DNA from: Octopus sinensis
Taxonomy: Eukaryota
Reading direction: 5' to 3'
Length of the DNA stretch: 38,422 bases
Assembly: GCF_006345805.1 (NCBI RefSeq)
Contig: NW_021831894.1
Location: 1-38,422 of the forward strand
Below, piece by piece: positions 1 to 11,862 of the stretch (the stretch's first letter is position 1; each line of letters starts with the position of its first letter). The notes beneath the pieces were generated by a model. It worked only from the letters and a program-made list of their open reading frames with translations. It did no database searches and had not been told where the DNA came from. The translations under genes were made by a program, and so were the position numbers.

Positions 1-89
1 TAATTAATTTCTGGAGCAAAACTAAGGTGATGCAGTCTATAAGACTGAGCCATTTAATTGTATGTGCAATCCATTCGCAAGTTTCCACA

Positions 90-220
90 TAGTTTCCGTC
101 TGTCTAATTTCACCCACAAAGCTTGACCAGACACGAGAAGTTGATGAAAAACACATGGGCCTAAGATGTCACATTGCAGAATCGAAACCGGGACTTCATG
201 ATTGGGAAGCAAACTTCTAT
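90..220 (-). mobile_element. Degenerate family B SINE fragment (head region)
   Basis: gtttccgtc...aatttcacccacaaagctt...gggaagcaaacttct aligns by eye with the full copy at 33440-33828. Confidence 0.55.
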
Positions 221-338
221 AGCACCCGACTACGTTTTATCAAATAAATATCCACAAAGTCGTTCCAAGCTACCTAAAACCTAAAAGCAATGTAATCTGT
301 CCGAGATGTATAATTGTACACCGAAACGAAAAACTCTT

Positions 339-1282
339 GGATCTGTCCTTGGTCCCCTCTTGTTTGTGGCATACATTAACGACATAGATGCCAATTAAAG
401 AATGCCACAGTATTGAAATATGCAGACGACATCAAGCTGTACCTTGAAATCAAGAGGACAGATCCTGATTCTACAACTCTTTTCCTGCATCAGACCTAGA
501 TACAATTGCAGCAATGGATCCCAGACTGGCAACTGAAACTGGCTGTGGACAAGTGTACCACCATGCATTTTGGGAGAAAAAACCCTGCGTTCACATACTC
601 CCTCCACAACACTGATATCAAGAAATCCTCTTGCGAGCGTGACCTAGGCATCACTGTCAGCAGTGATTTGCGTTGGTCAAAGCATATCTCTAAGATTGTC
701 AGAAGGCGAGGGTGTCTTGGCATCACTCAGCAGGTCTTTTGTTAGCCGCTCTCCACGCCATCTATTTAAAACTGTATACAGCTATGGTACACCACACTTG
801 GAATTCGCATCATCAGTTTGGAACCCCTATCTTGCACAGAACATTGACCTCCTGGAATCTGTCAGAGACGTGCAACCAAACGCATACCCTCCATCAGACA
901 CCTACCATATTCTGAGCGCCTTGTTTCCCTGGGCATGGATTCACTGAAGCTCCGGCGTTTGGCGACGACTTGGTAAATTGAAGTAAACACCACAAAGTTA
1001 TCAACCACCTCACCAACAACAACACTGAACACCTTTTTGATCTCCATGTGTCTAACACACGTGGACATGCCTACAAAGTCAGAAAACAATACAGCTCCCA
1101 TGACTTTCGAAACATTTTTTCACGCTCAAGTTGCTGAAGCATGGAAATAAACTGCCTGCGTCAGTTGTGACTGCCATGACACTGCATCTTTTAGGCCCTC
1201 ATGCTTTCCGAAATCCGCCGAAACTACACCTGATTATATATACACTTTAGATGAGTTGTAGTGCACCTGAGCACTGTACACA
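339..1282 (+). mobile_element. 5'-truncated, decayed CR1/L2-group LINE (RT C-terminal half plus 3' UTR)
   Basis: Translates to GSVLGPLLFVAYINDID, LKYADDIKLY (YADD catalytic motif), WQLKLAVDKC, ERDLGITVSSDLRWSKHI and PHLEFASSVWNPY, with stops and frameshifts; 3' stem-loop tgtagtgc-acctga-gcactgta lies just before the (ATT)n tail. Confidence 0.9.

Positions 1283-1364
<82 letters not shown>
1283..1364 (+). repeat. (ATT)n tail of the CR1-type LINE
   Basis: Pure trinucleotide run directly after the LINE 3' end. Confidence 0.9.
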
Positions 1365-1366
<2 letters not shown>

Positions 1367-1404
1367 ACTCAAGTAGGTGTACATAGTCAAGCAACGAAAT
1401 GGCA

Positions 1405-1502
1405 GTGTTGGAAGAACGCTTGAACCGTATTTGCTCCAATACTTTACGCTCAGTGTTCAAATCCTCTCAAGGTCACATTCTTTTTTCTTTTTTATCATTT
1501 CA
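1405..1502 (+). mobile_element. Degenerate family A SINE fragment
   Basis: cgtatttgc...ttacgctcagtgttcaaatcctctcaaggtcac resembles the head and B box of family A. Confidence 0.45.
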
Positions 1503-1672
1503 AGCTGCTAACTGTTCCTCAAATCCTACCTCACGCTTACTAATGTCGTCATAGATAATGTGCTTACACTATGCCTGAAGAAAAGACTGAATCTGATTGA
1601 ATCTGTAGAAACCTGTAAACAATGATGCTGTTGTAGACAAAAACGAGATTTAAAGAAGATACGTTTATATAG

Positions 1673-1840
1673 ACGCAGGCATAATCGTGTAGTTAAGAAG
1701 GTCAGTTTGCAACCACGTAGTTTAGGGCTTAGTCACACTACGCCGTAACTTGGGCAAGTGTCTTCTACTATATCTCCGAGTCGACCAATGCATCGTGATT
1801 GAATTTGGTAGGCGGAAATAGTGTGAAACCCTGTCATCTC
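1673..1840 (+). mobile_element. Family B tRNA-derived SINE, 5' part
   Basis: gcaggcataatcgtgtagttaagaag...cttgggcaagtgtcttctactata...gaatttggtaggcggaaa matches the other family B copies. Confidence 0.8.
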
Positions 1841-2161
1841 TCTCTATATATATATGTATATATATACAACGACCTCGAACCCACAAGAGTAAACAAGAGA
1901 GACAGAGACAGGCAGAACCAAGGAAAATGCCACTTGTATTTGAACACTATACAATCATTCTTTCAAAAATACTTTTCTTTTAATTCTTCAAAATTTAATT
2001 GTTTTCCAAACATACAATTGAAAAAGTCTGAATGACTGGAACCGGTACTGAAATGTTTTTTAAAAATTATTTTAGTATTTTCTATCTTGACTTTTTTCCA
2101 TATATATATATATATATATATAATATATATCCTAATATATATATATATATATAATATATAT

Positions 2162-3425
2162 ACAACTGAATTTTCCGTGGTTGCTCGAGTTACTGGTGTT
2201 CTTATTCAGATTAGTAAACAATAAATATGAGGATATGTTTCTTCTCATAATTATTTCAAAATCTCCATATTTTATTTAAAGATATCCGAATTGTAATGAT
2301 AATAGAATTTAGAACTGAAAATCTGTCACTGTTGAAGCACCTCCGGGTAAACAATATTCATTGTGTAATTTGTTGTTGGTATCCAAATGAATAAATTGTT
2401 GCTGCTTCCAACTCGTGAGCGACCAGCATAGAGTTGGCTGTAGGAGAAGCATGTAGTAGAGAGATCAAATCCAACTACCTTGAAGGATTGACCCTGAGGT
2501 TTGTTAGTTGAAATACCAAAACCTAGTTTGACTGGAAACTAAAGCATCTTAAGTTCAAATGGAACATCTGTAGGTATGAGAGGAAATTTTGTGACTAGTT
2601 GTTACGATTGTTGCCTGTAAGACATGGGACTTCATGGAAGTAACAATTACGCGTGTTCCATTCCACAGGCAAACTGGGTGAAGATTCTTAAGCAACTTAA
2701 TGAGAGCATCCAGCTCTAGTGTCAAGTTATGCAGTGGCATCCCAGTGGATTTAAGTGTGTTCAGAAATTCAACAGGGTATTGAACAGCCTGATCTTGATC
2801 GACTGTCGTTTGAATTGATGGAAAAGCCATTTCTGATGTATCTGTTAACTTTTGAAGTTCATGATTGAGTTTATCAACCATTTAATTAGTTGGAGCTAGT
2901 ATAGCTCTTTCACATTTTACCTCAGTGTAATTGACAATCACACATACACTTTCACATACATCGACACACACATACACTCCACATACACTCACTCACATAT
3001 ACTAAGTCAGACACACGCAGACATACATTTACGTAACGAACACGCAAACACACACACACGCACAGACACATACACACTCATATACAAGATGTGTTGTAGT
3101 GGTAGTGGTATACAATCTCCTTTACTATACCGTACGTAATGAACGCGCAAACTCACGCGCACTCACAGACACATACACACTCATACACAAAATGTGTCGT
3201 GGTGGTAGTGGTGGTATAAAATGTCCTTTACTATAATTGACTACAGAAAGATTATTTTAGATAAAATAATATATTGTTTTAATCCAAATGAAATTTAAAA
3301 TTATATGTTGACACTCGCAGTGTCTAATGCTTTTACCTTGTAAAATGTGATATGATCTGGTGGAGCCGTTTGAGAATGCATAGGAAACGGACAGACAGAC
3401 AAACAGACTGAGAGACAAAGAATTT
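2162..3425 (-). mobile_element. Internally deleted Helitron retaining the C-terminus of the PIF1-type RepHel helicase
   Basis: Minus-strand translation QYPVEFLNTLKSTGMPLHNLTL...LLKNLHP..LWNGTRVIVT, then FPVKLGFGISTNKPQGQSFKVVGFDLSTTCFSYSQLYAGRSRVGS...NIVYPEVL; degenerate 3' end near 2162-2190; (CTGT)n-containing 5' region near 3360-3425. Outer boundaries are approximate. Confidence 0.85.
3031..3234. repeat. About 100-bp tandem duplication inside the Helitron
   Basis: acgtaacgaacacgcaaac...cctttactata (3031-3129) is repeated as acgtaatgaacgcgcaaac...cctttactata (3134-3234). Confidence 0.85.
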
Positions 3426-3447
3426 CATACATACATACATACATACA

Positions 3448-3522
<75 letters not shown>
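3426..3522. repeat. (CATA)n(TA)n compound microsatellite
   Basis: Direct reading. Confidence 0.95.
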
Positions 3523-3526
<4 letters not shown>

Positions 3527-4014
3527 GTATAATCTTATATATACATATATACAGGTATGTTTCTTTGTATTATATATATATATACAGGTATGTTTCTTTG
3601 TATTTGTGTTTCCCGCACCAGCGCTTAACAACCTTCGTTGGTTTGTTTATGTCCCAGTAACTTAACAGGTCGGTACGCGTCCACGTTCTTCAAATTCTCA
3701 CTTCTTTGGCGGAGGGCGTAATTCATCCCCCATCTCAACACCACCAACCAATCTTTAGGTATTTTTAACGGAGTTTACTGTATTGCAAATGTTCGGACCA
3801 GATGTCTAGTTTGAGGATAATTTAGTCCTTTCCTTTCATCAGTTTCGGAGGCCCAGTGAGATAAATGGGTATGAGAGCTGTCCTTGACTAAACGATAAAG
3901 AAAATTATTGTAATCAGCTTTGACAAGCGGTCACAATACTAATACTATTTCAACAGATTTCTCTTTCTCTCCAGTAAACACGTGGCCTTGGGTTACAAGA
4001 TTTGAATACAGTAA

Positions 4015-4218
4015 TTTCAAATTTTGACACAAGGCCAGAAATTTTGGGGAAGGACGCCAGTCGATTACATCAACTCCAGTGTTCGACCGATACTTATTTT
4101 ATCGACCCGAAGGGGTAAAAAACAAAGTCGATCTCGGCAGAATTTGAACCCAGAAAGTAAAGACGGACGAAATGCCGTTAAGTATTTTGCTCAACGTGCT
4201 ATTTTGCTAGCTCGCCTT
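4015..4218 (-). mobile_element. Family A tRNA-derived SINE
   Basis: tttatcgacccga...aaagtcgatctcggcagaatttgaac...gctagctcgcc is the reverse complement of the family A head and body. Confidence 0.85.
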
Positions 4219-4316
4219 AAAAGATCTGAATATATTAATGGTATTGCTGCCTAGCTAAAATAAAGCTTTGATCATCCAATGTGTGCTTACATTATTTTAA
4301 TATGATAAGATAAAAA

Positions 4317-4530
4317 GGTGGCGAGCTGGTAGAATCGTTAGCAGGCCGGGGAAAATACTAAGCTGTGCTTCATCTGTCTTTATGTTCTGCGTTCAAATTG
4401 CGCCGTGATCGACTTTGCCTTTCATCCTTTCGGAGTCAATAAAATAAATAGCAGCTGAGTCCTGGGGTCGTTGTAATCAACTTATCCCTCTCACGAAATT
4501 GCTGGCCTTGTGCTAAAATTTGAGACCAGT
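4317..4530 (+). mobile_element. Family A SINE
   Basis: ggtggcgagctggtagaatcgttag (A box)...gttcaaatt (B box)...gcctttcatcctttcggagtcaataaaat. Confidence 0.9.
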
Positions 4531-4545
4531 ATAATAATGTAAGAA

Positions 4546-4765
4546 GGCGGCGAACTGGCAGAACCATTAGTATGTTGGGCAGTATACTCTGAAGCATTTC
4601 GTCCATCCTTGCATTCTTCTTTCAAATTCCGCCGAGGTCGACTTCGCCTTTCATTCTTTCGTGTTCAATAAAATAAGTACCGGCTGAGTCCTGGGGTCAA
4701 TGTAATTGACATGCTTCCTTCCTCCGATATTGTGGCCTTGTAACAAAATTTGAAAATTTGAAATC
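4546..4765 (+). mobile_element. Family A SINE, tandem to the previous copy
   Basis: ggcggcgaactggcagaaccattag...ttcaaattccgccgaggtcgacttcgcctttcatt. Confidence 0.9.
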
Positions 4766-5199
4766 ACTATGATAAAATAAAAACTAAGGAATATTTTGAT
4801 TGAAATCTATGGCAGATGAAGTGACACATCAGTGACCTCTCATTGGCAAACAAGTAATGAATGTAGTCGTTTTCTTTTTAGGCCAGAGCAGTCCTACTTG
4901 AGTAGACATACGATCAATGATATTTCAGGCTTGGCAAATCTGATTTTTCTTTTTGTACATATGTAATTACATTATGTAATGAGTCCTTCCTTTCTTTGCT
5001 AACATCTAGCTCAGGTAAGCCCTGATCGAACATGCATATTCAGAGATATTCTAGCCATGTTCAACCCATCGTTTTATAAATCTAGGACTATTCTGTGAAG
5101 TTTCCCTTAATTTTTTAAAGTCAGGAGTGTATAATATATGATTTGAAACCCAAGACTGGGGTAAATGACCGGCTTCTCCTATAATGGTTATTCTAAGAG

Positions 5200-6170
5200 T
5201 AGGCTGTATAAGTGCCCGTGGCCTTGGGGCTGCGTGCAGGCATGGTCACCTGCTCAAAGATCTTAGGTCACTATGTTTGAAAGTAATAACCATTAGCAAG
5301 ACTAGGATTTTCGATACGTAGTCGCTTGCCCTCCTTCTGGACGACTTCGAAGTTTATGCTTTCACCAGTCGACCTCGATCGAGTGATGAGGCGGTACTCT
5401 TTCGAAAAGGGCTTAACGGAAATATGCGTACTATTTTCCTAGATCCGGTCGGTAGTTTGGTGGTCCTAGACATAAGCAGTTAGGAAGTTAACGGTAAAGC
5501 CATCAGGCTAGTGGCTGTATATGCTCCAATAGGAGCCTGACAGCCAGATTTCTTTGGCTATCTCAAGACTTTCCTGGGGACATTACGCTTAATAGTGTTA
5601 GTGGACAACTGTAATGGGATGTGTGAGCAAAGATTATATGGGAGCATTTGATGGGAGAGAGTGGTTGCAAATGCCTCGCAAATTTGAGCATTTCCAGCTG
5701 TTTAACAGACTTCACCTCGATTTCACTAATACACCAATGTGAAGTTGATCAAACGACAGTGAGTCGTTCAGTTCATACTTAAATAAGGTTTTTATTCGGC
5801 TAGCACATAACCACTGTATAAGTTGTCCAGTTTCAGAACATTTGTTATTTAGACTAAAAGAATAGACAAGGATCCGGTTACTGGAAGATGGACGCATCTT
5901 TCTTGGCTCCAAAAGATTTCAGACATCAGATTAGTATACTACTTAAACGGCAATTGGCGGGAACTATCATCAACATCAAGTGGTGGGTTTCTTTAAAACA
6001 GAAAATCTGTTAGTTTTAGCAAAGACATTGAGAAATCGCTTTAGGAAATAAAACAGTAGAATAAGCACATAACAGCAAAAACGGCCCTCAACCATTTCTT
6101 CAACGCGAAACACGAAGGTTGCATTATCTGAGCTAAAGTTTGTGAGCTGAAACAAAGACTTAAAAGACAT
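5200..6170 (+). mobile_element. Decayed Tx1/L1-group LINE, APE endonuclease region of ORF2
   Basis: Translation GCISARGLG..HLLKDLRSL; DPVGSLVVLDI..IRLVAVYAP..QPDFFGYLKTFLGT..IVLVDNCN (GDxN-like); GSGYWKMDASFL (G.GYWKLN-like); multiple stops. Confidence 0.75.
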
Positions 6171-6179
6171 TGGTTGAGC

Positions 6180-6830
6180 TATATGTCTATTTTTTCGTGT
6201 ATATATCTTTTTTCACCTTTCTTCATGACTTTTCGTGGGTGAAAAGGGAATGCAACTGCAATTATATCTGGTCCCTTTGTCCACCACCACCACCACTAGG
6301 TCCGGCTTGTTGCGCTCTAGCACCTGGTCTGTTTGGATTGAGAAATACCACGAGATTTTGCAGGTCACCGATTCCGCCATTCTGCAGTTTGTGCTCATAC
6401 CACGTCTTTCTTCTCTCTAGGACTCCTTTTCATATGGCTTCTAATGTAGCACTTTCGCTACCTCATCGTGTCAGCACAACTTATAATAGTTTTGAGCAAG
6501 CCTAGAGCATTCGTTCGCGATATAGGCAATAGTTTTATCAACTTTGTTATAGATTCAGCACAGTGGAGATACTTGTTAATTCATAAGGTTAACCTTCCAA
6601 TTTGTGGCCAATGTTAAGTCTTATGCTGCGAGTATGATGCCCTCTGTTTCTTTGTTCAGTGTTCCTTTCTGCCGCCAGTCTCATCTATGCTCTCTAGCAA
6701 CTTCAGTAGTGACCACACAGAATTGATTGTGTAGTCCCGTGCTGCGTATTGCTTCTTCATGTCCTTGTAAATCTTGCTTTGTTTTTCCCTTTTTCTCTGC
6801 TTTCAATGCGCACTCATCCCTAACTGACAG
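6180..6830 (-). mobile_element. R4/Dong-type RLE non-LTR retrotransposon fragment B (decayed)
   Basis: LHNQF..DWRQKGTLNKETEGIILAA, RHDEVAKVLH and WYFSIQTDQVLERNKPDLVVV (PD motif of the restriction-like endonuclease). Confidence 0.8.
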
Positions 6831-6834
6831 CATG

Positions 6835-6985
6835 GAGAAACCGTTCTGCATGCCCTCGTTCAGTGTCCGGGCATTGCTGAGGTTATGGCGAACAGCTACT
6901 GTCACGTGTGGGACGGATCTGTCTGTCAGCCGAGGCTGTAGTGATGATCGCAGCGCCGCTCTCCTTGAATCGGGCAGGCAGCATG
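6835..6985 (+). mobile_element. Tx1-type LINE ORF2 C-terminal (zinc-knuckle) fragment
   Basis: gaaaccgttctgcatgccctcgttcagtgtccg = ETVLHALVQCP, the end of a CCHC knuckle, followed by GRICLSAEAVVMIAAPLSLNRAG. Confidence 0.6.
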
Positions 6986-7553
6986 ATACATTTACATTCT
7001 ATACGAGTAACACTTTCCTCTTTTGATTTGCATAACCTACATAAGGAATCTACTTGGTTTTTGTCATCGTGGTTTTATCCAAATAGTCTTGAATGCCTAA
7101 TCTTGTGCAGCTACTAATGAGCTTTCTGTCTCCCCTTTCAGCCTTCCTTTCTGCAACCATAACTATGTCTCACTTGTACTATTTGTTGCAACTGTCTTTC
7201 GGAATCTACCATGCAAAGCCTTCTCCTGCCAGTCAGATCATTTCTGTTCTTTTTTCTGGTTTTTAAATTCGCTTGGGATTTTTCGTTTCCCTATGTCTTG
7301 CTGTGGCTCTAGCAGCTCTTGATAAACTTTCTTCACTATTACCTACATAGGAATCTATATCTATTCTATCTAACACCATGTAGTCTTCTAATGATATTAG
7401 CCCTCTTCCACCTTCCTTTCTAGGTAAGTATAATCTTGCTACCCCTGCCCTTGGGTCGAGTCCTTCATTCATATTGAATTCCTTCCTAGTTCGCCTGTCA
7501 AGCTTTGCTAATTCAGTTTTTTTCCAAGCTACAAAAGCTTCTGAGTATCTAAG
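6986..7553 (-). mobile_element. R4/Dong-type RLE retrotransposon fragment A (decayed)
   Basis: LRYSEAFVAWKKTELAKLDRRTRK..GLDPRAGVARLYLPRKEGGRGLISLED; DWQEKALHGRF; WLQKGRLKGETESSLVAAQD. Confidence 0.85.
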
Positions 7554-7561
7554 TAATAATG

Positions 7562-7593
<32 letters not shown>

Positions 7594-7605
7594 TATTATT
7601 ATTAT

Positions 7606-7698
<93 letters not shown>

Positions 7699-7795
7699 TA
7701 ATAATAATAATAATAATAATAATTATAATAATATAATAATAATAATATAATAATAATATAATAATAATAATAATGATAATAATAATATAATAATA

Positions 7796-7843
<48 letters not shown>
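7554..7843. repeat. (TAA)n microsatellite with a short inverted (TTA)n patch
   Basis: Direct reading. Confidence 0.95.
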
Positions 7844-7844
<1 letters not shown>

Positions 7845-9110
7845 GGATGCACCACCCAAAGGCAGACGTAGATCGCCTTTACCTTCCCAGAGCCCAAGGA
7901 GGTCGAGGCCTGATCCAATTTGAACTAGCTTACAAAACAACCACAATTGGACTGGCCAAATATCTCGAAATATCGAATGACTGGATGCTAAAGCTCGTGG
8001 AAAATCACGAGAGACGAAAGAAGCTTCATTCTATCATAAAGGAAAGCAAGCAATTTGCTATTGATCTCGTGCAGGATACCCAAACTGAACAACCCGAGCG
8101 AAGTACGGCAACTATTGTTGCAAAGAAGGTGAAAATGATGGCAATGAAAAAAGCGCACGAGCAATTGGCTGATAGGTGGGAGGAGAAACCTCTGCACGGC
8201 AAATATGTGACCCGCAGCAAACAAGCTGATGTTGACCAGAAGCAAACCCATCAGTGGCTACGGAGCTCAGGGCTAAAAGCAGAGAGCGAAGGTTTTATCC
8301 TGGCTGCTCAAGATCAAAGCCTATTAACCCGGAACTACCAGGCCAATGTGATGAAAAATGGAGCAGACCCAAAATGCCGATTCTGCAACGACATGATTGA
8401 AACAGTGGACCACCTAATCTCTGGATGTAAAGTCTTAGCACCAGTGGAGTATAAATTAAGACATGACAGAGTTGGCCAATATCTCCACTGGCTAATAAGT
8501 CGGCATTACAATATCAAAACTGCCGACAAGTGGTATAATCACCACCCTGAGGCTGTAACTGAAGGAGAAAATGTAACCATTCTGTGGGACTTTCCAGTAC
8601 ATACAGACCGAACCATCAAGGCCAATAAACCAGATATTGTTGTGAATGACCAAAACAATAAAGTTTGCTTATGATCGACATGAGCATCCCCTGTGATCAT
8701 AATATCTCAGCGAAAGAGGTTGACAAGCTCAGAAAATATAAAGACCTACTCATTGAAATTGAGAAAATGTGGCATCTCAAGGCGGTTACAATACCAGTGA
8801 TCGTAGGAGCACTAGGAATGATCAAGAAGGGAACCGAAAATTATATGAGAATGATCCCTGGCTTACCATCCCTGCAAGAAGTGCAAAAGATTGTCTTAAC
8901 TGGTACATCACACGTATTGAGAAGAGCATTGTCGATGTGAGAACTGTTGCTGCTCATGTATTTTAATTTAACTTTAAAAAAGAAAAAATGAACGAACTAC
9001 TGAGTTTGGTTTAATGGCCTACCAATGTATACTATGAGTTTCTTTGCCCTAGGAGTCGGGAAGACATTCGGCGAGAAATGGAAGCAAATTTGAAAGAAGA
9101 AAAAAAAAAG
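7841..9110 (+). mobile_element. Young 5'-truncated R4/Dong-type RLE retrotransposon C (post-RT region, CCHC knuckle, RLE domain, 3' UTR)
   Basis: ORFs 7847-8674 and 8665-8940: HHPKADVDRLYLPRAQGGRGL, LHGKY, AAQDQ, CRFC...HLISGC, RHDRV, LWDF, KPDIVV..IDMSIP..KEVDKLRKY, PVIVGALG; a single 1-bp frameshift near 8670 (the sister copy reads CLLVDM); flanked by (TAA)n on both sides. Confidence 0.93.
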
Positions 9111-9115
9111 TAATA

Positions 9116-9199
<84 letters not shown>

Positions 9200-9236
9200 T
9201 AATAATAATAATAATAATAATTATTATTATTATTAA
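9111..9236. repeat. (TAA)n switching to (TTA)n near 9220
   Basis: Direct reading. Confidence 0.95.
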
Positions 9237-10650
9237 TATCAGTTTTTTCCTCTTTCAATTTTGTTTCCATTTCTTGCTGAGTGTCTTCTCGACACCTAAG
9301 GCAAAGCAACTCACTGTGTACATTGATATGCCATTAAAATGTACATGCCAGATTCTTCATAAACAAAGTCAAGTTATGTGAAAGATATAAAAAAAAAGAA
9401 AAGGGAAGAGAAAAAGAAAAAACAAAAAAAATATTCACACGGATTGTAATCATACTCAGAGCGACAATGCTCTTCTTAATACGTGTGACGTATCAGTTGT
9501 ATATAATCTTTTGCACTTTCTACCATCAATGGTACTGCGACCGCCTTCAGGTGCTACATTTTTTCGATTTCAATCGGCAAATCTTTATATTTATATTTCC
9601 TAAGCTTGTGAAATTCTTTTGCCGAGATATTATGATCACAAGGAATACTCATATCGACCAATAAACAAACATTATTGTTTCTGTCTTTCACAACAATGTT
9701 CGGTTTATTAGTTTTGACAGTTCTGTCTGTATATGCTGAAAAGTCCCAAAGAATCGTTAGGTTTTTCCCCTCAGTCACAGCCTCAAGGTGATGCTTATAT
9801 CACTTATCAGCAGTATTAATTTTATTATGCCGACGTATGAACCAGTATACATAACGGCCCACCCCGTCATGTCTTGATTTACTGATGCTAAGACTTTACA
9901 TCTAGAGATTCTGTGGCTCACTGTTTCAATCTCATCATTGCAGAATCAGCACTTTGGGTCTACTCTATTTTCCATCACATTAGAATTAGTATTACCTAAG
10001 TCTCTAAAATATTATACAACAAACCAATCTCAACATTTAGTTTTAATTATAACAAATATGTATATTTCTAAATACATAACAGAAACATTGAATATCATAA
10101 CACCATTTATATCAAACAATCGGATCAGTAACCTTTGAGCTTGAGCAGCAAAAAAATGCCTTCTCTCTCTGCCTTTAGCCCGAAGCTCCGTAGCCTCTGA
10201 TGAGTGTGCTTCTCATTAACATCAGTTTGCTTGCTACGGGCCACATATTTGCCATATGCCTTTGTTCACGCCCTTTTATTCCTTGCCATCGATTTCACCT
10301 TCTTCGCAGCAACAGTTGCTGCACTTCCCGCATGCTCTTCAGCTTAGGTATCTTGCATGAATTCAGTAGCAAATGTTTTGCTCTCCTTCATGACAGAAAG
10401 AAGCTTCTTACGCCTCGTGATTTTCAACGTGTTCTAGCATCAAGTCATAAGATGTTTCATGATATTTAACTAGCTCAGTTGTGGTGGTTTTGTAAGAGAT
10501 TCAACCTTCTTGAGCTTTGGGAAGGTAAAGACGACCCGCGTCTGCCTTTGGGTGGTGCAACCTATTGCAAGTTAGCAGTTTACGAATTTTCCCGTCAATT
10601 TTCTTTATCTAATTGTTATTCTAGTTCACCACAACAACGCGTCCAATATG
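9237..10650 (-). mobile_element. Older R4/Dong-type copy D, same family as copy C
   Basis: TEGKNLTILWDFSAYTDRTVKTNKPNIVVKDRNNNVCLLVDMSIPCDHNISAKE; HHPKAD and IDGKIRKLLTCNR at the 5' end; 3' UTR aligns with that of copy C; AT-rich insertion at about 9990-10118. Confidence 0.9.
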
Positions 10651-10760
10651 TCTTTCCTTGAAATAGCTACTATTTCATGCAGGTTAAGTGACCACAAAAA
10701 GGCTCCATCGTATACGAATCAATAGCTTCGTTGTTGTTTTTGGATTGAGGACAGAAATAC

Positions 10761-10791
<31 letters not shown>

Positions 10792-10836
10792 ATAGTAGTA
10801 GTAGTAGTAGTTGTAGTAGTAGTTATATTAGTAGTT

Positions 10837-10877
<41 letters not shown>

Positions 10878-11041
10878 GGTGGTGGTGGTGGTGCAAGTTG
10901 TAATATTAGTAGCAGTGCTAGTGTTAATGGTAGTAGTGTTAGAATTGGTAGTGGCTGAGGATAATTGTCGTGGTGGTAGTGCTGCTGTTAGGAGTAGTGG
11001 TAGCATACTACTACTACTACTACTACTTACTACTACTACTA

Positions 11042-11097
<56 letters not shown>

Positions 11098-11100
11098 ATA

Positions 11101-11149
<49 letters not shown>

Positions 11150-11220
11150 TATTGTTGTTGTTGTTATTATTATTATTATTATTATTATTAGCAGTAATAG
11201 TAGTTATGATGGTGGTGACC
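10761..11220. repeat. Compound trinucleotide block (GTA)n(GTG)n...(CTA)n(TAA)n(TTG/TTA)n
   Basis: Direct reading. Confidence 0.9.
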
Positions 11221-11544
11221 GGTAACGGTGTTGATGTTAAGTATAGAGGCTCTTTAAGAATATCTGTCGATCTGTCTGCCTGCTGGCCTGTCTGAGTGTC
11301 TGTCTGTTCGTCTGTTTATATTTACCAACTCATCTATCCGTGCATCCATCATTCTATTTATCCAGCTATGTTTCTACGATTTCAACCATCCGTATAAGTA
11401 TCTACCGCCCTACCTCCTTCCTATCTCTCTCTCTCTCTCTCTTAGTCTCTTTTCACATTCTCTCTCTCTCACTCTCATACACACAGACACACACATACAT
11501 ATATACGCGTGCGCTCACACATATGTATACACATACATAGGAGG

Positions 11545-11862
11545 AGACCCCCCCCCCGGTCATGAATGACCACGGGATTGCACCTAAACACAAGTCAAGG
11601 CAAGATTGTTTGTGGAAGGCTAGCAGTCGCCCTTGCATACCGGCCTCTCCTCTCCATACCACTGATGTTATCCAAGGGAAAGGCAGAGGCTGATTCAGCT
11701 TGGCATCAGTGACATCACAACTCATTTCTACAGTTGAGTTAACTCGAGCAACGTTAAATGAAGTGTCTTGCTCAAGAACACAACACACAGCCCGGTCCGG
11801 GAATCGAACTCACAACCTCACGATCGTAAACTCTACGCTCTAACCACTCAGCTATGCTCCTT

